From NCBI GenBank assembly GCA_004431415.1, contig QPMI01000502.1, positions 1 through 64,000 of the forward strand: 64,000 bases of DNA, read 5' to 3'. The notes beneath the pieces were generated by a model. That model saw nothing but the letters and a program-made list of their open reading frames with translations. It made no database searches and was not told where the DNA came from. The DNA comes from Cyanophora paradoxa CCMP329. Lineage: Eukaryota; Plantae; Glaucophyta. How positions within the stretch are numbered: position 1 is the stretch's first letter; the number at the start of each line of letters is the position of its first letter. Made by a program: the position numbers and the translations under genes. This document shows positions 1 to 12,200 of the stretch, piece by piece.

Positions 1-1177
1 TCAGAAGGGATTTGCGAAATCCTGATTGTTTAAGATTTTTGGCAATGGTCATCAATGTTTTGGATCTTTCTTCGAAAGCTGCTTTGTTTTCCTCATCCTT
101 GCTCTTTGACTATAATGCACAGCCCTTCCAAGGTATTGGGGACAACAAGACGGCTTATATCTAGGTAAATCTTAAGGTTTGTGTCATCAAGCTCCCAAAT
201 CCCAGTATCAGTATTGAGTTTGAACCATGACTTTTGGAGTATCTCCAAGTGTGTTTCAGAACCTCTTTGCATACTAAACTTACATCATAATGAGCGCCAC
301 CTGAACCAGCGGATTTATCTATAAGATTAAAGATATCAGATTGCATTCCAATGCAGATGAATCGTTTTTTGCAATTTCCACTGTAGCTTGACACAATGTA
401 TTTGTTATCATCTCCTTTAGCTTTCATAACATACCAGTTTTCGATTCATGTGAACCATTGCAGCATGGGCAATTGAGTCCCTTGTTAGCAGCATCAAAAG
501 TTAAAGCCAAGTTCAGTTTTAGAGATTATATTGGGATGCATAAATCCCATATCCACCAGCTCTTTGATAATATTGTTTTCCAGTTCATCATGTGAGGTAG
601 CATTAGCAGTATACTCACTCTTATAGATGTAGTTATCTATTATCCACTTTTTGAAGTCATCAGTAGGCTCATTGAAATCACAGGTATCATCCCATGGGGA
701 GATCACCCAAGCCTTGTTGACACTGGGACACACATGATCAATCCAGAAGTACCAGTTCCAGTGATTGTTTTCAGGTCAACCTTTTCAAAGCCTTTAAAGC
801 CAGGAGCCTTATCGGTGATTTTGAGTTTAGTGAACTCCTCAGGTCGTTTAAAGTAGACATGATAGCCTTTTTTAGTTTTTGCCATGGGCTGATTGCATCA
901 AAGTCATCAGGAAACATATCCCGGAATTTCTCAAAGTTCTCCTCATCATCGAAAGTCAATAACCATCATGTTGTCTGAGAGCAGAATGCCCCAAGATACA
1001 TACTGATTAGTTGCCAGCGCTTCCTCATACTTTTCCAGACCAAGCACCTCCCTTATGCTTGAAAACAGGGTCTTTGCTGTCAGGTTTCACCGGGATAATC
1101 ATGTTTTTGGCTAGATCCTCATCAGATCTGAGCCAGTTAGCGAGCGATTTGAGCGATTTAGTCTGTTTGGCGTTCAT
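1..1177 (-). pseudogene. Bifunctional primase-polymerase (Prim-Pol)-domain protein, probably the N-terminus of a primase-helicase; frameshifted, runs off window
   Basis: ATG at 1177 (MNAKQTKSL..IIPVKPDSKDP). Pieces in different frames read DFDD, KTKKGYHVYFK and DLKTITGTGTSGLIMC.PS, matching AEP/Prim-Pol motifs. Confidence 0.7.
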
Positions 1178-1197
1178 TTTCAGCGATTGGGGGTCCC

Positions 1198-1234
1198 TTT
1201 TATATATATAGAAGATTTTTCTTTAAGTAGTTTT
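1198..1234 (-). promoter_or_regulatory. Putative viral promoter motif AAAACTACTTAAAGA-n-TCTTCTATATATATAAAA (copy 1; others at 1662-1697 and 2522-2558)
   Basis: Near-identical motif lies ~5-20 nt upstream of the ATG of three consecutive minus-strand genes. Confidence 0.65.
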
Positions 1235-1390
1235 GGGTCCCCCAATCATTTTTTGTTGGAAATCGAGAAAGTATCCCTACGAAATATTTCCACACGACTT
1301 ATCGAGTGGTTCAGATACAAAAAGGATGAATGGGTATTTCAGCGAATAAACAGCATATCCCCAGCCTAGTAATATGCTGGGAAAAATAAT

Positions 1391-1645
1391 TTAGACATGT
1401 TTCAATTTTCTCCCTCTGTTTGAGTAAGGGACATCATACAAATACTTGACAAAGCAGACTGCATTGGCTGCATACTTTCGCTGACATGAACTGGCTATTT
1501 TCATGGCTCTATAAGTATCATCATTGTTATATAGATCTCTTAGCTGTGTGGCTATTTTTTCGTTAAACTTTTTGATTTGAGCCTTACCTTTTTCAGTTTG
1601 CTGATATCTTTTCATAGCTCTCTTCTGGGCTTCACTGAGTGGCAT
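1391..1645 (-). CDS. Small basic putative DNA-binding protein
   Basis: MPLSEAQKRAMKRYQQTEKGK start, preceded by the promoter motif. YNNDDTYR segment resembles YNEDPDYR of the ORF at 21828-22103. Confidence 0.65.
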   Translation of the reverse strand: MPLSEAQKRAMKRYQQTEKGKAQIKKFNEKIATQLRDLYNNDDTYRAMKIASSCQRKYAANAVCFVKYLYDVPYSNRGRKLKHV

Positions 1646-1761
1646 TTTTCCTTTGTCTCTCTTAATATATATAGAGAATTCTTTAAATCATTTTTTTGTT
1701 CTCTAACCTCTTTGTCCAAATCGCTCAATATACATAAGTTTGAAATGCTTACCTAGCAATG

Positions 1762-2516
1762 CTACAAATGGTTCAATTTCCAAGGTCTCCCATGTTTCTT
1801 GTCCTTATTCCATCTGCAATCTAATCCTTTTGCGATATCTTTTTTAAGATAAGGCACCTGAAACCCAGCAACCAATGTATTTGTTGTACTGAGTTCTGCA
1901 TACATTTCAATCAATGCAGATCTGCCCTCTCTGAACCTCTCTATATCATCTCTGCGAAGATTATCCATTTTCGGAATAAATTGGTTGCACCAAATCAGGA
2001 AAAGATTAACTGCATGTTTATTCCTTGCTCTTTCTTGTTCTAATTCTCTCTGTCTTCGCTCTCTTTCTTCTAATTCAAGCTGCCTCTTTCGAGCTTCCTC
2101 TTGTTTTTCAAGTTCTCTTTTTCTTTCCAGTTCTTCTTGCTTTAAAGCGATTCTGCACTTATTACAGAAATTATCCTTTCGGTTTTTATGCCGATCTCCA
2201 CATCTTTCACATATATCTTGACCTCTGGCACCCTTCGGAATAAATCGTAAAATGCAGCAATTCCCAACAATGACCACAATCTTTTTATTAACATGCAGAA
2301 TATAGCATTGCTCTTTAATTGGATGATCACAGGCGCAATGCTCAGACTCTGGAGGCAGGTCATAGTCACTTAATCCATATTTTGCAAGCTTTGCCCAAAG
2401 AGGGAGCGGTTTCCTGTTACTTCCAAGAGCAACATAATCATTGAAGTTATCAGATCCACAAAGCAACATTAAAGCCGCTTGAGCTTTTCCAGGCAATACG
2501 ATTTCTTCTCTGCCAT
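1762..2516 (-). CDS. Zn-finger/coiled-coil protein with C-terminal DUF5710-like motif (5' frameshift)
   Basis: CACDHPIKEQC...GNCC and CERC...FCNKC Cys clusters, an E/R/K coiled coil, and VPYLKKDIAKGLDCRWNKDKK. The ATG at 2516 is out of frame with the main ORF. Confidence 0.6.
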
Positions 2517-2625
2517 TTTCCTTTTATATATATAGAAGATATTTCTTTAAGTAGTTTTCATCAAATTTTGTGTTCAGAATTCCCCATTTAAAACCTCCGC
2601 TTTTAATAGGAACAAGTTAGGAACA

Positions 2626-5600
2626 ATGCCCCGAATTAGCAACAGACTTATTAGAGAAAAGAAATGGGAACTCATGGGATTACTGGGAACACTGTATGCA
2701 GCCCATGAAATCACAGAGGCTGAATATGACCGGGAAATCGGATTTATTTCAAGGGGCAGACCCACTTTAGCAAAATTAACCAGAAAAGCCAATACCCTCT
2801 ATGATAAAGTTGAAACTCTTGATGAACTCGATCGCCTGAGGCAAATAGAACCAGAGGCAGAAGATGGAACAGCTATGAATGAATTATATCGTTGGCTCAC
2901 ATACAGAGCCAGAAGGGAAGTTGTTGTAGATGTGATTGAATATTTAGATAGAATTGCAACCTCTCTACCAAAACGTTTAAGGATAGTCTGGATCAATTCA
3001 GGGCAATCAAAGTTCGCTTGTCGTTTATCTGCAAGTTCGTAAAAGTCAGCAATCCACAGGTTTGGATATCGAAATACATTTACAGCGATTATTTTGTATT
3101 AACCAAATCGAGAAATATTCGAACTGAGCTGAATAAAGCAGCCCAAATGTGTCAGGAACAGATGAATGTTGTTGATAGCTATCGATTGGAGAGAATCGAA
3201 ATGCTAAGAGTTGCTATTATGAGTTATGCCCCAACTGGTGGCTGCTATGTTAAAACACCAGAATCAATTGCAGCCAAGAGAGCCACAGTGAATATTCGAA
3301 ATATTGATGATTCTTGCTTTGAAAATGCCATTTTGGCATGGATCCATAGGAAAGATGTAAATTCCCACAAGAGGAGTGAGCTTACACAATATCGCAAATG
3401 GAAATACTCACCATCCACATACAATCCTTTGGCTCTCAATTTCGACAATATCCCATTCCCTGTTCCTTGTGATGCTGAAATCATTGATAAATTCGAAGCT
3501 CAAAATGCAGGCATTAGCATAAACATCTTTGGAATGGATGGAGATGTTATATATCCGCTGCATCAATCCAGCAACCCAGGCAGAAAGCAAAAGATTAATC
3601 TCATGCTCATTCATGATGATGAAGGGAATGGTCACTATATTACTATTATGTCACTCTCAAGACTTCTAAGAGTTGCCCTTGATAAAACCAAGGATCAAAA
3701 GTTACACTACTGTGATACATGCTTATCTCGATTCAGGTCTGAGGCTAAACTCACTGCTCATGTGGACTCAAACAGATGCATTGATTGGAGACTCTCAAAG
3801 GGAGTCACCCCTAAACCTGAAACCACAATAGAGTTTGGACTCAAAAACCTTAGGAAAACTGTTTGGCTTCCTGTTGTGGTCTACTGCAAGATTGAACATA
3901 GAAGCATCCCATTGATGCATCGAAATCCAAGAGGGAAGTCTCAGCAGTCAACCTGAGAGTAGTCACTGGGGCAGATGTTCAAGATTTTCGATTTGAGGGG
4001 CAGGATCCAATGGGAGGTCTCTTTGAATGCTTGGAGTCCAAAGCTAGAGAGCTGATCGATTTCCTGTTCACCAATATTCCCATGAATGAACTCACAGATG
4101 AGCAAAAGGCTGTTTACAGGGCTACTAAACACTGTTACCTTTGCAGTGAGAGGTTCACCAAGGAGAACTTCAAATGCAGAGATCATGATCACCACACAGG
4201 TCAGTACATTGCTCCTGCATGCAGAAACTGCAATCTTCATAGGAGAATCTCAAAGCAAACAAAAGTAGCAGTGGTTGTTGACCAAATGGATGACTGTGGG
4301 ACATTCATTTTCAGAAAAATAGCAGGCATGGGTGATAAAAGCGAATCGAAATCCTTTCGAAAAACTTTGATCAATACCTTTCATTGCAATGGGGTCTTTA
4401 CAAGTTCATTGATGCAAGTAATTTTATGGACTTTGGGGCTGCTGATGTAGATGAGTTAATGAGCAAATTCCAGGCTTTCAGAAGGCTTTCACACTCAGTA
4501 TATGGATTGGACCCAGTTCATTATGTATCTGCACCTGGGTTATCTTGGGATGCTATGCTTAGGACCACCAAGGCAAAAATAGAGCTTATAAGTGATGTAG
4601 AGCAATACGAATTTGTTGAGAGGGGAATCAGGGGTGGCTTTGCAACAATGCCTTGTAGGTATGCTGAGGCTGATGGTGAGAACTCCCATATAATGCTGTT
4701 TGATGCTAACAACTTGTATGGCTACTGTTTGAGTCAGCCAATTCCAGTTGGTGATTTTAGATGGGAGACCGAATTCAACCCACAAGATAACAGATCCAGT
4801 TTCCTGGAAGTTGATCTGGATTACCCAATTAGGCTATATCTAGACCACAGTGATTTCCCCCTAATTATTAACAAGAAAATAGTAGAATATGCCGAATTAT
4901 CACAATATCAAAAGAGCCTATTAGATCTCTCAGGAGAAGAGCTTGATAAGACCCCTAAGCTAACTGCAACCTTTGGTTCTGTGACCAACTATGTGATTTC
5001 TGAGCCTCTTCTACAGTATCTGTTGGACAAAGGGATGAAACTAAAGAAGGTTCACAGGGTCCTATCATTTACTGTGGCTCCTGTAATGAAACCCTACATT
5101 GAGCTGAACACTGATATGAGAAGGAAAGCAGTGAATAAATTTGAGGCTGATTTCTATAAGCTCATGAATAATTCAATCTATGGGAAATGCATTGAATCAT
5201 GTAGAGGTAGATCTGTGGTTAAGATTGCAAACAGTGAGAAACTATTTATGAAATATGCAGCCTCTCCATTGGTGAAATCAACAAGCCCATAAACGAAAAA
5301 GCAGTTGCCTTTGAGTTTTACACAAAGCATGTGAAACTAGATAAGCCTGTTGCAATTGGGGCTTATGTTTTGGATGCAGCCAAACTGCATAATTACCAGT
5401 TCTTCTATGATACTGTAAGGTCCCAATGGACAAAAGCAAAGTTACTATTCCATGATACTGATTCCTTCTGTCTATATATCGAATCTAAGACCTTACAAAA
5501 AGATATAGAGAATATATCTTATGCCTTGGACCTTGGAGGTGATTCAAGAATGACCCCAGGTAAATACAAAAATGAGATGCCAGGTTCTGCTATACTGGAG

Positions 5601-5867
5601 TATGTGGGTCTGAGAGCCAAAGTTTACAGTTTCAGAACAGCTGAGATTGAGAGGAGTAAGCTCTCTGGGACTTCAACTGAGGAACTCCAATTTAATGATT
5701 TTAAACAGTGTTTATTTGCAGGTATCAGCAAGACTGTGACTGCAAAGCAGAAAAGAAGGGCAGATCACACAATAATAGACACTGTGAGTAGAAGGGTTGC
5801 CCTAAACTGCTTTGATGCAAAGAGATACATCTTACCAGATGGTATTAATTCTGTTCCTTTTAATTAA
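2626..5867 (+). pseudogene. Protein-primed family B DNA polymerase (Polinton type, with EndoVII-like Zn insert), split by frameshifts
   Basis: GGCYVKTP..VNIRNIDDSCF, CYLC..RDHDHHTGQYIAPACRNCN, YGLDPVHY..PGLSWDAML, RGIRGG, FDANNLYG, KLMNNSIYGK, HDTDSF and GLRAKVYS across ORFs 2626, 3018, 4010, 4384 and 5331. Confidence 0.9.
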
Positions 5868-5870
5868 GAG

Positions 5871-7256
5871 ATGCCAGCAACTGGAAGAATAGTTAGGAGA
5901 ACCACTGAGCAACTACAAGGTAACCTACTGCCTATCACAGTTCCAAAGGAGGAAAAGGGGGAATCTCGAATTGTCAAAAAGTCTGAAATGAAAGAGCTTG
6001 TCCCAGTAGAGATCCCAGTTGCTATTGCAGTGAAAGAAACCAACAAGATTGCCAAGAGATTCTATGATGTGAGAACTGGTTATAAAGGGCTTCAAGCTAT
6101 GAGGGCTGAGTTACCAGATGAATCCTATAAGCAGTTGCAAGAGTTCTATAAAAAACAAGAAGTTGTTCAGATCAATGCACCTGCTATATCTAGGAAGAGA
6201 GATCCCATGGTCCCAATTAGGCAACCCCTTGATACCTATGTGATTGATTTGCTCTTTTTCCCAGCTTATAAGAAACAAAACAATGGCTATGATACATTTA
6301 TGACTGCAATGGAATCAACACTGAGAACTGGGTATATTATACCTATAAGAGATAAATCAGCTCTCACTACATTGGCTGCATTTAAACAGCTTGAGATGAG
6401 AGTGGCAAGACCAATAGTAAAGGTTCAATCAGATGCTGGAAGTGAGTTCCAAAATCGAATATTCCAGGAGTATTTATCTAGTAAATTCATAGAACACCAA
6501 GTGAGTGGAACTGCTGACCACAGAAGCCAAGGTCGAATTGAAGCCTTTAACAAGCAGATTAAGAGACTGATCACAAACTACTGCATAGCTAATAACACAG
6601 CTAGATTCTTTGATGTGTTAGGTGATATTGAGTATAATTACAATAATACAGTCCACTCAGCTACTAAGATGAAGCCAGGTGAAACTACAGAGGATCATTA
6701 TAGGTATATAGTGGGATTAGAAGATGAAAGATTCAAGAAATCAATAGCTTACCTTGATACCATGCAGCCTGGCATGTTTGTTAGAGTGAAAGTTGAGAAG
6801 AACCCCTTTGCTAAACAGGGTAACAATTGGTCTAGGATGGTTTACACTGTTGATAGTAGGGAAGGCTTTAAATTTAAGCTAAGGAGTCCCACTGGAGAGA
6901 TCATAGATAACAGGTTTGCTTTCCATGAGCTGTTGCCTGTGAATGCAGTTGAGTATCTAGAAACACCTACAGTGGATGCCTTGGAGCAAGCTAAAGAGGA
7001 AGCTAGGGTTGATGCTGCTATAAGGAGAGAGGGCATAGAAGCTGCTAATGAAGTCCCAGATAAGCCTTTGATAGAGGCTAGAAAGGAGAAGGCTGGGAAA
7101 GTTAACAGGGAACTCAAAAAGCTCACCATAGCAGGGACACAGAAACTTTCAGAAGTGAATAGCCAGAGATGGTATAATGACTTTCAGACTACTAAGGAGT
7201 CATATACAGCTCCTAAACCTCAAAGAACACTAAGAGAAAGGACCAAAACTAGCTAG
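5871..7256 (+). CDS. Retroviral-like (rve) DDE integrase of PLV-A
   Basis: Intact 461 aa ORF: YVIDLLF (D), VQSDAGSEF (D), QGRIEAFNKQIK (E), YNNTVHSATKMKP, and an SH3-like GMFVRV..NWS..VYTV segment. Confidence 0.92.
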   Translation: MPATGRIVRRTTEQLQGNLLPITVPKEEKGESRIVKKSEMKELVPVEIPVAIAVKETNKIAKRFYDVRTGYKGLQAMRAELPDESYKQLQEFYKKQEVVQINAPAISRKRDPMVPIRQPLDTYVIDLLFFPAYKKQNNGYDTFMTAMESTLRTGYIIPIRDKSALTTLAAFKQLEMRVARPIVKVQSDAGSEFQNRIFQEYLSSKFIEHQVSGTADHRSQGRIEAFNKQIKRLITNYCIANNTARFFDVLGDIEYNYNNTVHSATKMKPGETTEDHYRYIVGLEDERFKKSIAYLDTMQPGMFVRVKVEKNPFAKQGNNWSRMVYTVDSREGFKFKLRSPTGEIIDNRFAFHELLPVNAVEYLETPTVDALEQAKEEARVDAAIRREGIEAANEVPDKPLIEARKEKAGKVNRELKKLTIAGTQKLSEVNSQRWYNDFQTTKESYTAPKPQRTLRERTKTS

Positions 7257-7744
7257 TTTGCTAGCCGAAAACTCGTTTTTTCAAAATATATGTATGACTG
7301 ATATACATATATGCATATGCTATACACATAGTCTTGTAGATCTTTTCAAGCGCTTCACAGCGATATGCAGAACGTTGCGTTTTGATGATCTGGTGATGAG
7401 ATATAACAGTTTGAAGATGCAAAAGTCACTTGCCATAGTAGACTTGGTGAAACATAGGTTTCCCACTGAGAACGCGATATATACGAATATATCCGCTGGT
7501 ATATATAAATGCTCCGACTATGAGAGTCGATGTGACGGGCGCGTTTATACGGTAGAAAAAAGAGGGAATTTTTTCCGATTTTTGATTATATATATGTATA
7601 TGTATATATATTTTTTAATTATTTTTTTCCAAACATTTTTTCTTGGTCAACCGGCAATACGGAGGTTTTGGTATATATAGTGTATATATGTCGTGACGTC
7701 ACGTGTATATATACGGTATATATGTCGTGACGTCATGCAAGATT

Positions 7745-7855
7745 TGTAATGTAAGAATTGTAAACATTGTAAGAATTGTAATGTAAGAATTGTAAGAATT
7801 GTAAGAATTGTAAGAATTGTAAGAATTGTAATGTAACTATTGTAAGAATTGTAAT
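7745..7855. repeat. 9-bp tandem repeat (GTAAGAATT)n with variants
   Basis: Directly visible. Confidence 0.9.
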
Positions 7856-8442
7856 AAGTCGATACCCCGTCGCACATTACAACCGGGGGAACAAATACAA
7901 TTACAATTGGAACCCAAGAAATCCAAGAAAAGCATACAAACTGCTGTAACTCTTCACCAACTCATCCGTTTTAAAAACCGCGACCATCGCCGGAATCCTC
8001 TTTGCATCCTCTACACATCTATGCTACTTTCGCGAACTGGATCGTAGATTTGCCCGGGTTTGTGGGGCTGAATATGTCTCTTTTGTGGTCTGAAAGTCTG
8101 TATACCATCTCTGACTGTATGATCTCGAATAATCCACCTAAATCTACTTTATAGATAATCGTGATTACACCTGTGAAACCATCAATCTAACACTGCATTT
8201 AGTAAGCATCTGCCCTAGATTCCCCTATAATTAAAGTGGAATCAAGGTTGACTCATATTAATCGATAGTATATGGATTTTGTTACGAATTCAATGCAAGG
8301 GTTGACTAAGTGGGTTGAGTTGACTCAAATTTCACAGGAAATAACAATGAATCAGAGTATAAAATGCATTTTTTTTTGAATCAACTACACCAACTAACAC
8401 TGAGATTTTCACAATATATGAGGTCCTTACTGAATATGGTAT

Positions 8443-8741
8443 GTGTCACAGGTGTCACAGGTCTATCCCAAAGTTTTCTATAGCATAAAAATGAACTCTC
8501 AAAAGTTTGGGATGGACCTGTGACACCTGTGACACTCGATTATTTCATTTGTTTATTCAAGTAGAATTACATAGATAAACTTCTTACTTATTGTTACTGA
8601 GTTTTTCATTATAAAAGAGGATCTTACCATAAATGGTGTTGTTCACAGGTGTCACAGGTCTATCCCAAAGTTTTCACATATATAAAAATCAACTATCAAA
8701 AGTTTGGGATTGACCTGTGACACCTGTGACACCTGTGACAC
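8443..8741. repeat. Two copies of a ~95-bp imperfect palindrome built from TGTCACAGG units (8443-8535, 8643-8741)
   Basis: GTGTCACAGGTGTCACAGGTCTATCCCAAAGTTTT ... AAAAGTTTGGGAT(G/T)GACCTGTGACACCTGTGACAC occurs twice. Confidence 0.9.
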
Positions 8742-8982
8742 CCAATTTTCTAAGGGTCCCCCCTTAGACTCAACAAAACAATGATAAAATCATATAAGTT
8801 TCATGTATAATTACGATTGAATTCAATAAGAGATCGATTTGTTAATATAAACAAATGAATCATTTATGGATCTTAATCGAGTTTAGCGATATATTTCCGA
8901 TTAAATGAATTAAATTTAATTAAATTTAATCGAGAAAGTACATGAATATAATATCGATTAAATCAATTACCTTTTAGACCAA

Positions 8983-9269
8983 TCACACATAGTAAAATGC
9001 GGAGTTTTAACCAGAGGCAAGATCTAATTGAGATTCAGTTATATTATTCGGAAATATATACAGATTATCGATTGACTCAGTAAGACTAATCGGAAAATAA
9101 GAGAAATTTACGATAAAATATCGAAAAGAATACAAAATAATCGAAATAATTGAATATTCGATAAGATATACACAGATTATCGATTGATTGAAATAGAATA
9201 TACGAGATATATCAACAAAATCAATTAAGATAAGCCGAGGGTTAAAACTCCGCATTTTACTATGTGTGA
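8983..9269. repeat. Perfect 30-bp inverted repeat pair (8983-9012 / 9240-9269)
   Basis: TCACACATAGTAAAATGCGGAGTTTTAACC and its exact reverse complement, flanked on both sides by CAA. Confidence 0.9.
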
Positions 9270-9271
9270 CA

Positions 9272-12200
9272 AGGCCCGTCCTGTACCAGAGAAGAGCTGA
9301 CGAGAAGGCGGAGCCGAGTTCCTTGAGCCGCTCGAGCTGCGTCAGCAGGGGCGCAGGACGGCGCTCTGCTGAGCTCGCAATGCGAGAGAGCAAGGGGGCA
9401 GCGCGGCCGTTGATGACTCCTTCAACAACGGTCGCTGGCTCGACGGTCTCGAGCGTAGTAGAGTCAGGGTGAGGCTCCCCGATCGAAGCTCCTCCGGGAG
9501 AAGAGGCGGGCGACCGAAGAAGAGGGTGAAGGGCGAGAAGCCCGTCGTGCTGTTGCGCGAAATTCGATGCTTGTACGTAGCCCAAGGGAGGAGCTTGGCG
9601 ATGTCGCCGGGCCCCTTCCTGCACTGCGTCATCAGAACACGCAAATTCTCAACGAGAGACAAGTGAGCTCGTTCGAGAGCCCCCTTAGTCTGTGGGTGGT
9701 AGGCCGTCGCGACGGAGTGCTTGACCCCGAGACGAGCCAGCGCTTCAACCAGCGGAGCTGCGATGAAAGCAGAGCCCCCGTCAACCACGATTTTCCGGAA
9801 GAAACCGCAGAAGCAAAAAATTTCGCGGAGGAATCGGGCGACGTCGGTGTGGTCATGGGCCTTGCGCTTCGGGTCGGACGTGAACAGGAAGCCCGAGAAG
9901 GCGTCCATGGCGGAGAGAATCCGCTGAGACCCGATCGGCTGCTGACCGAGGCCTGAGCTGCCGTGGTTCAGGATGGTGGCCGCGTCGCGGGTGCCCTTCT
10001 GGCCGGTCGTGAGGAACACTTCGTCCATGTAGAGGATCTCGCAGGGCCCGTTGGTGATGATGGCGTGCGGAGGAGCTCGCACGAGCTTGGCCTGCTTCGC
10101 TTGCTGGCAAATCTCGCACGCACCAACGAACTTACGGACGTCGTGATACATCCCGGGCCAGAAGTAAGCCCTCTTGAGGTCGTGAAGCAGGCGGCCGACG
10201 CCTTGGTGAGAGGCGATACCCGGAGGGCCAGCCACTGCGCGAGGCGACGAGGGCGCGACACGCCCACCATGCTTCGAGCGGAGGAGAGCGTCGCGAACGC
10301 TGTACGGCACGAAAAACCGCTTTACTGCAACCGGGCGATGGGCGTTCGGCGGCGTCTCGTGGTAGAGCGTGCGATCCTTGTCCAGCAAGAAGAATCTGCG
10401 GACGTGCTCACGGAAGCTCGTCTCCCGCGACCGTTCCGCTTCGCCAGCAATCGCATCCAGCGGCTCGGCCTTGCCCTCGAGGATGTTGATGATGCGTCGG
10501 CATTCATCATCTGCATGCTGGGCGAAACGAATGTCACGGACAGAAACGGGCGGTGGCAGCGGGTCGCGGGTGGGCGATTGTCCGGCGCGACGGGCGGCGC
10601 GGCCTGAGGCTTGGGGCGTTGGCAACGGCTGGGGGCGACGGCGGAGGGCCGTGGGCGAGGGAGATGGGCTCCGCGGCCGCTTGGCTCCAACCTTCGGTCG
10701 CTCCTGGCTACCCTCGTCCTTGGCCTGTCGCTGTGCTGCTCGTTCTCGCGGGTCGACCCGAACAGATGGCTTCGTGTAGTAGGGCCCGTCCTGCAGCCCT
10801 GTGCCGCACGCAGTCTCCACCTTGAGGCACGCCGCCAGCTGCTCCTTCGCCTGAGTGACCGCTGCGGCCATCGAGGGTGAGTTCGGCAGCGGATGGAAAC
10901 CGCGGTCGAAGGCTCGGAAAAGGGACTCGGGGTCGAGTTCGATGGTGAGGACGTCGACTCCAGATCCACCCCAGAGGTCTTCGATTTCTTGTTGGATCGA
11001 CGCCGTCAGCGCAGCGATGTACTCCTTCCTTTCCGCGCTCTCGGGTTTCACCATCAAGTTCGCAGAGAGCTCTGCGAGGGCATGGATCAGCTCATGCGGG
11101 TCTTCGTCGCCGTCGTCGGATGGGGGCGCGGGGTCGACGGGGTGACGCGATAGTCCGTCGACAAACATCTTGCTCCCGGGCTTGTACTCGGGAATGATGG
11201 TGAAGCCAGCGAAAATCGTGCTCCACCGGTTGAATCGCGCGTTGACGTCACGGTTCTCAAGGATCCACCTGAGGGGATTGTGATCGGTCTTGTGGATAAA
11301 GGGGCGGTGCCTAAGGAAAAATCCAAAACGCTTTAATCCGTAGAGCAGTGCTCCAGCCTCGAGATCCGTAGCGCCGCGGCTCGACTCTCCATCGGTGAGG
11401 CGCCGGCTAGCGTACGCGATGGGACGTTCGACACCAGTCTTCTTGTCGACCTGCGAGAGGCAGACTCCCAGCCCGATCTTGCTGGCGTCCGTCGTCAGGA
11501 TCAGGGGGTTGGCGTCGGGACTCCAATCGGGAGACGCCAGCACTGGCGCCTTCGTCACGAGGTCCTTGATGCGCTCAAAGGCCTCCATCTGCTCCGGCCC
11601 CCAGACGAAGGGTGTCTTCTGTCGTGTCAGCCGAGTGATCGGCTCTGCAACCTCCGCGAGGCGATCGAGCGCGCGTCGCAGAAAATTTATTAGACCCATG
11701 AATTGCAAAACCTCCTTCTTATTCTTGGGCGCTTCGTAGTTGCGGACGGCGTCGGTGAAGCGAGGATCAAACCTGACTCCCTCGCCGGAGATGATGTGTG
11801 CCAGATGGGGAAGCTCGTCCACGCCGAAGTCGCTCTTCTCCATCCGCAACTTGATGTTGTTTTCACGGAGACGGTGGAGTACGATCTTCTGATTGACAAT
11901 TAGTTGATCGGGGTTTTCGGCGGCGATAGGCAGGTCGTCTATGAATGGGTGCGCGGCGTGGACGACAACGGCGGGCGTCAACGCCGTGTCTAGAGCGTAC
12001 TGGAAGAACGAGGGCGCGTCCGTGCTACCGAAAGGCATACGCGTTGGGCAGAATTTGCCAAACACAGTGTTGATGGCGAGTCTCAGTGATGCCCGCTTGG
12101 TGCACTCGAGGAGATTGAAGGCTCCGGGACAATCTGTGTATGTGAAAATTTTTTTCCCGTGAAATCTCGATAACGACTCCTCCACGGTGGGTTGTGTATA

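Larger units (their letters stand above)
1..9271. mobile_element. Polinton-like endogenous virus PLV-A, right part (left end outside window)
   Basis: AT-rich intronless block with Prim-Pol, pPolB and rve integrase genes and a repeat-rich terminal region. Abrupt switch to GC-rich Gypsy integrase sequence after ...TATGTGTGACA at 9271. No capsid gene or second TIR in window. Confidence 0.8.

Noticed and set aside
7258-7877. ORFs 7258-7680 and 7647-7877
   Set aside because: They run into TA-rich low-complexity sequence and 9-bp repeats; no recognisable domain.
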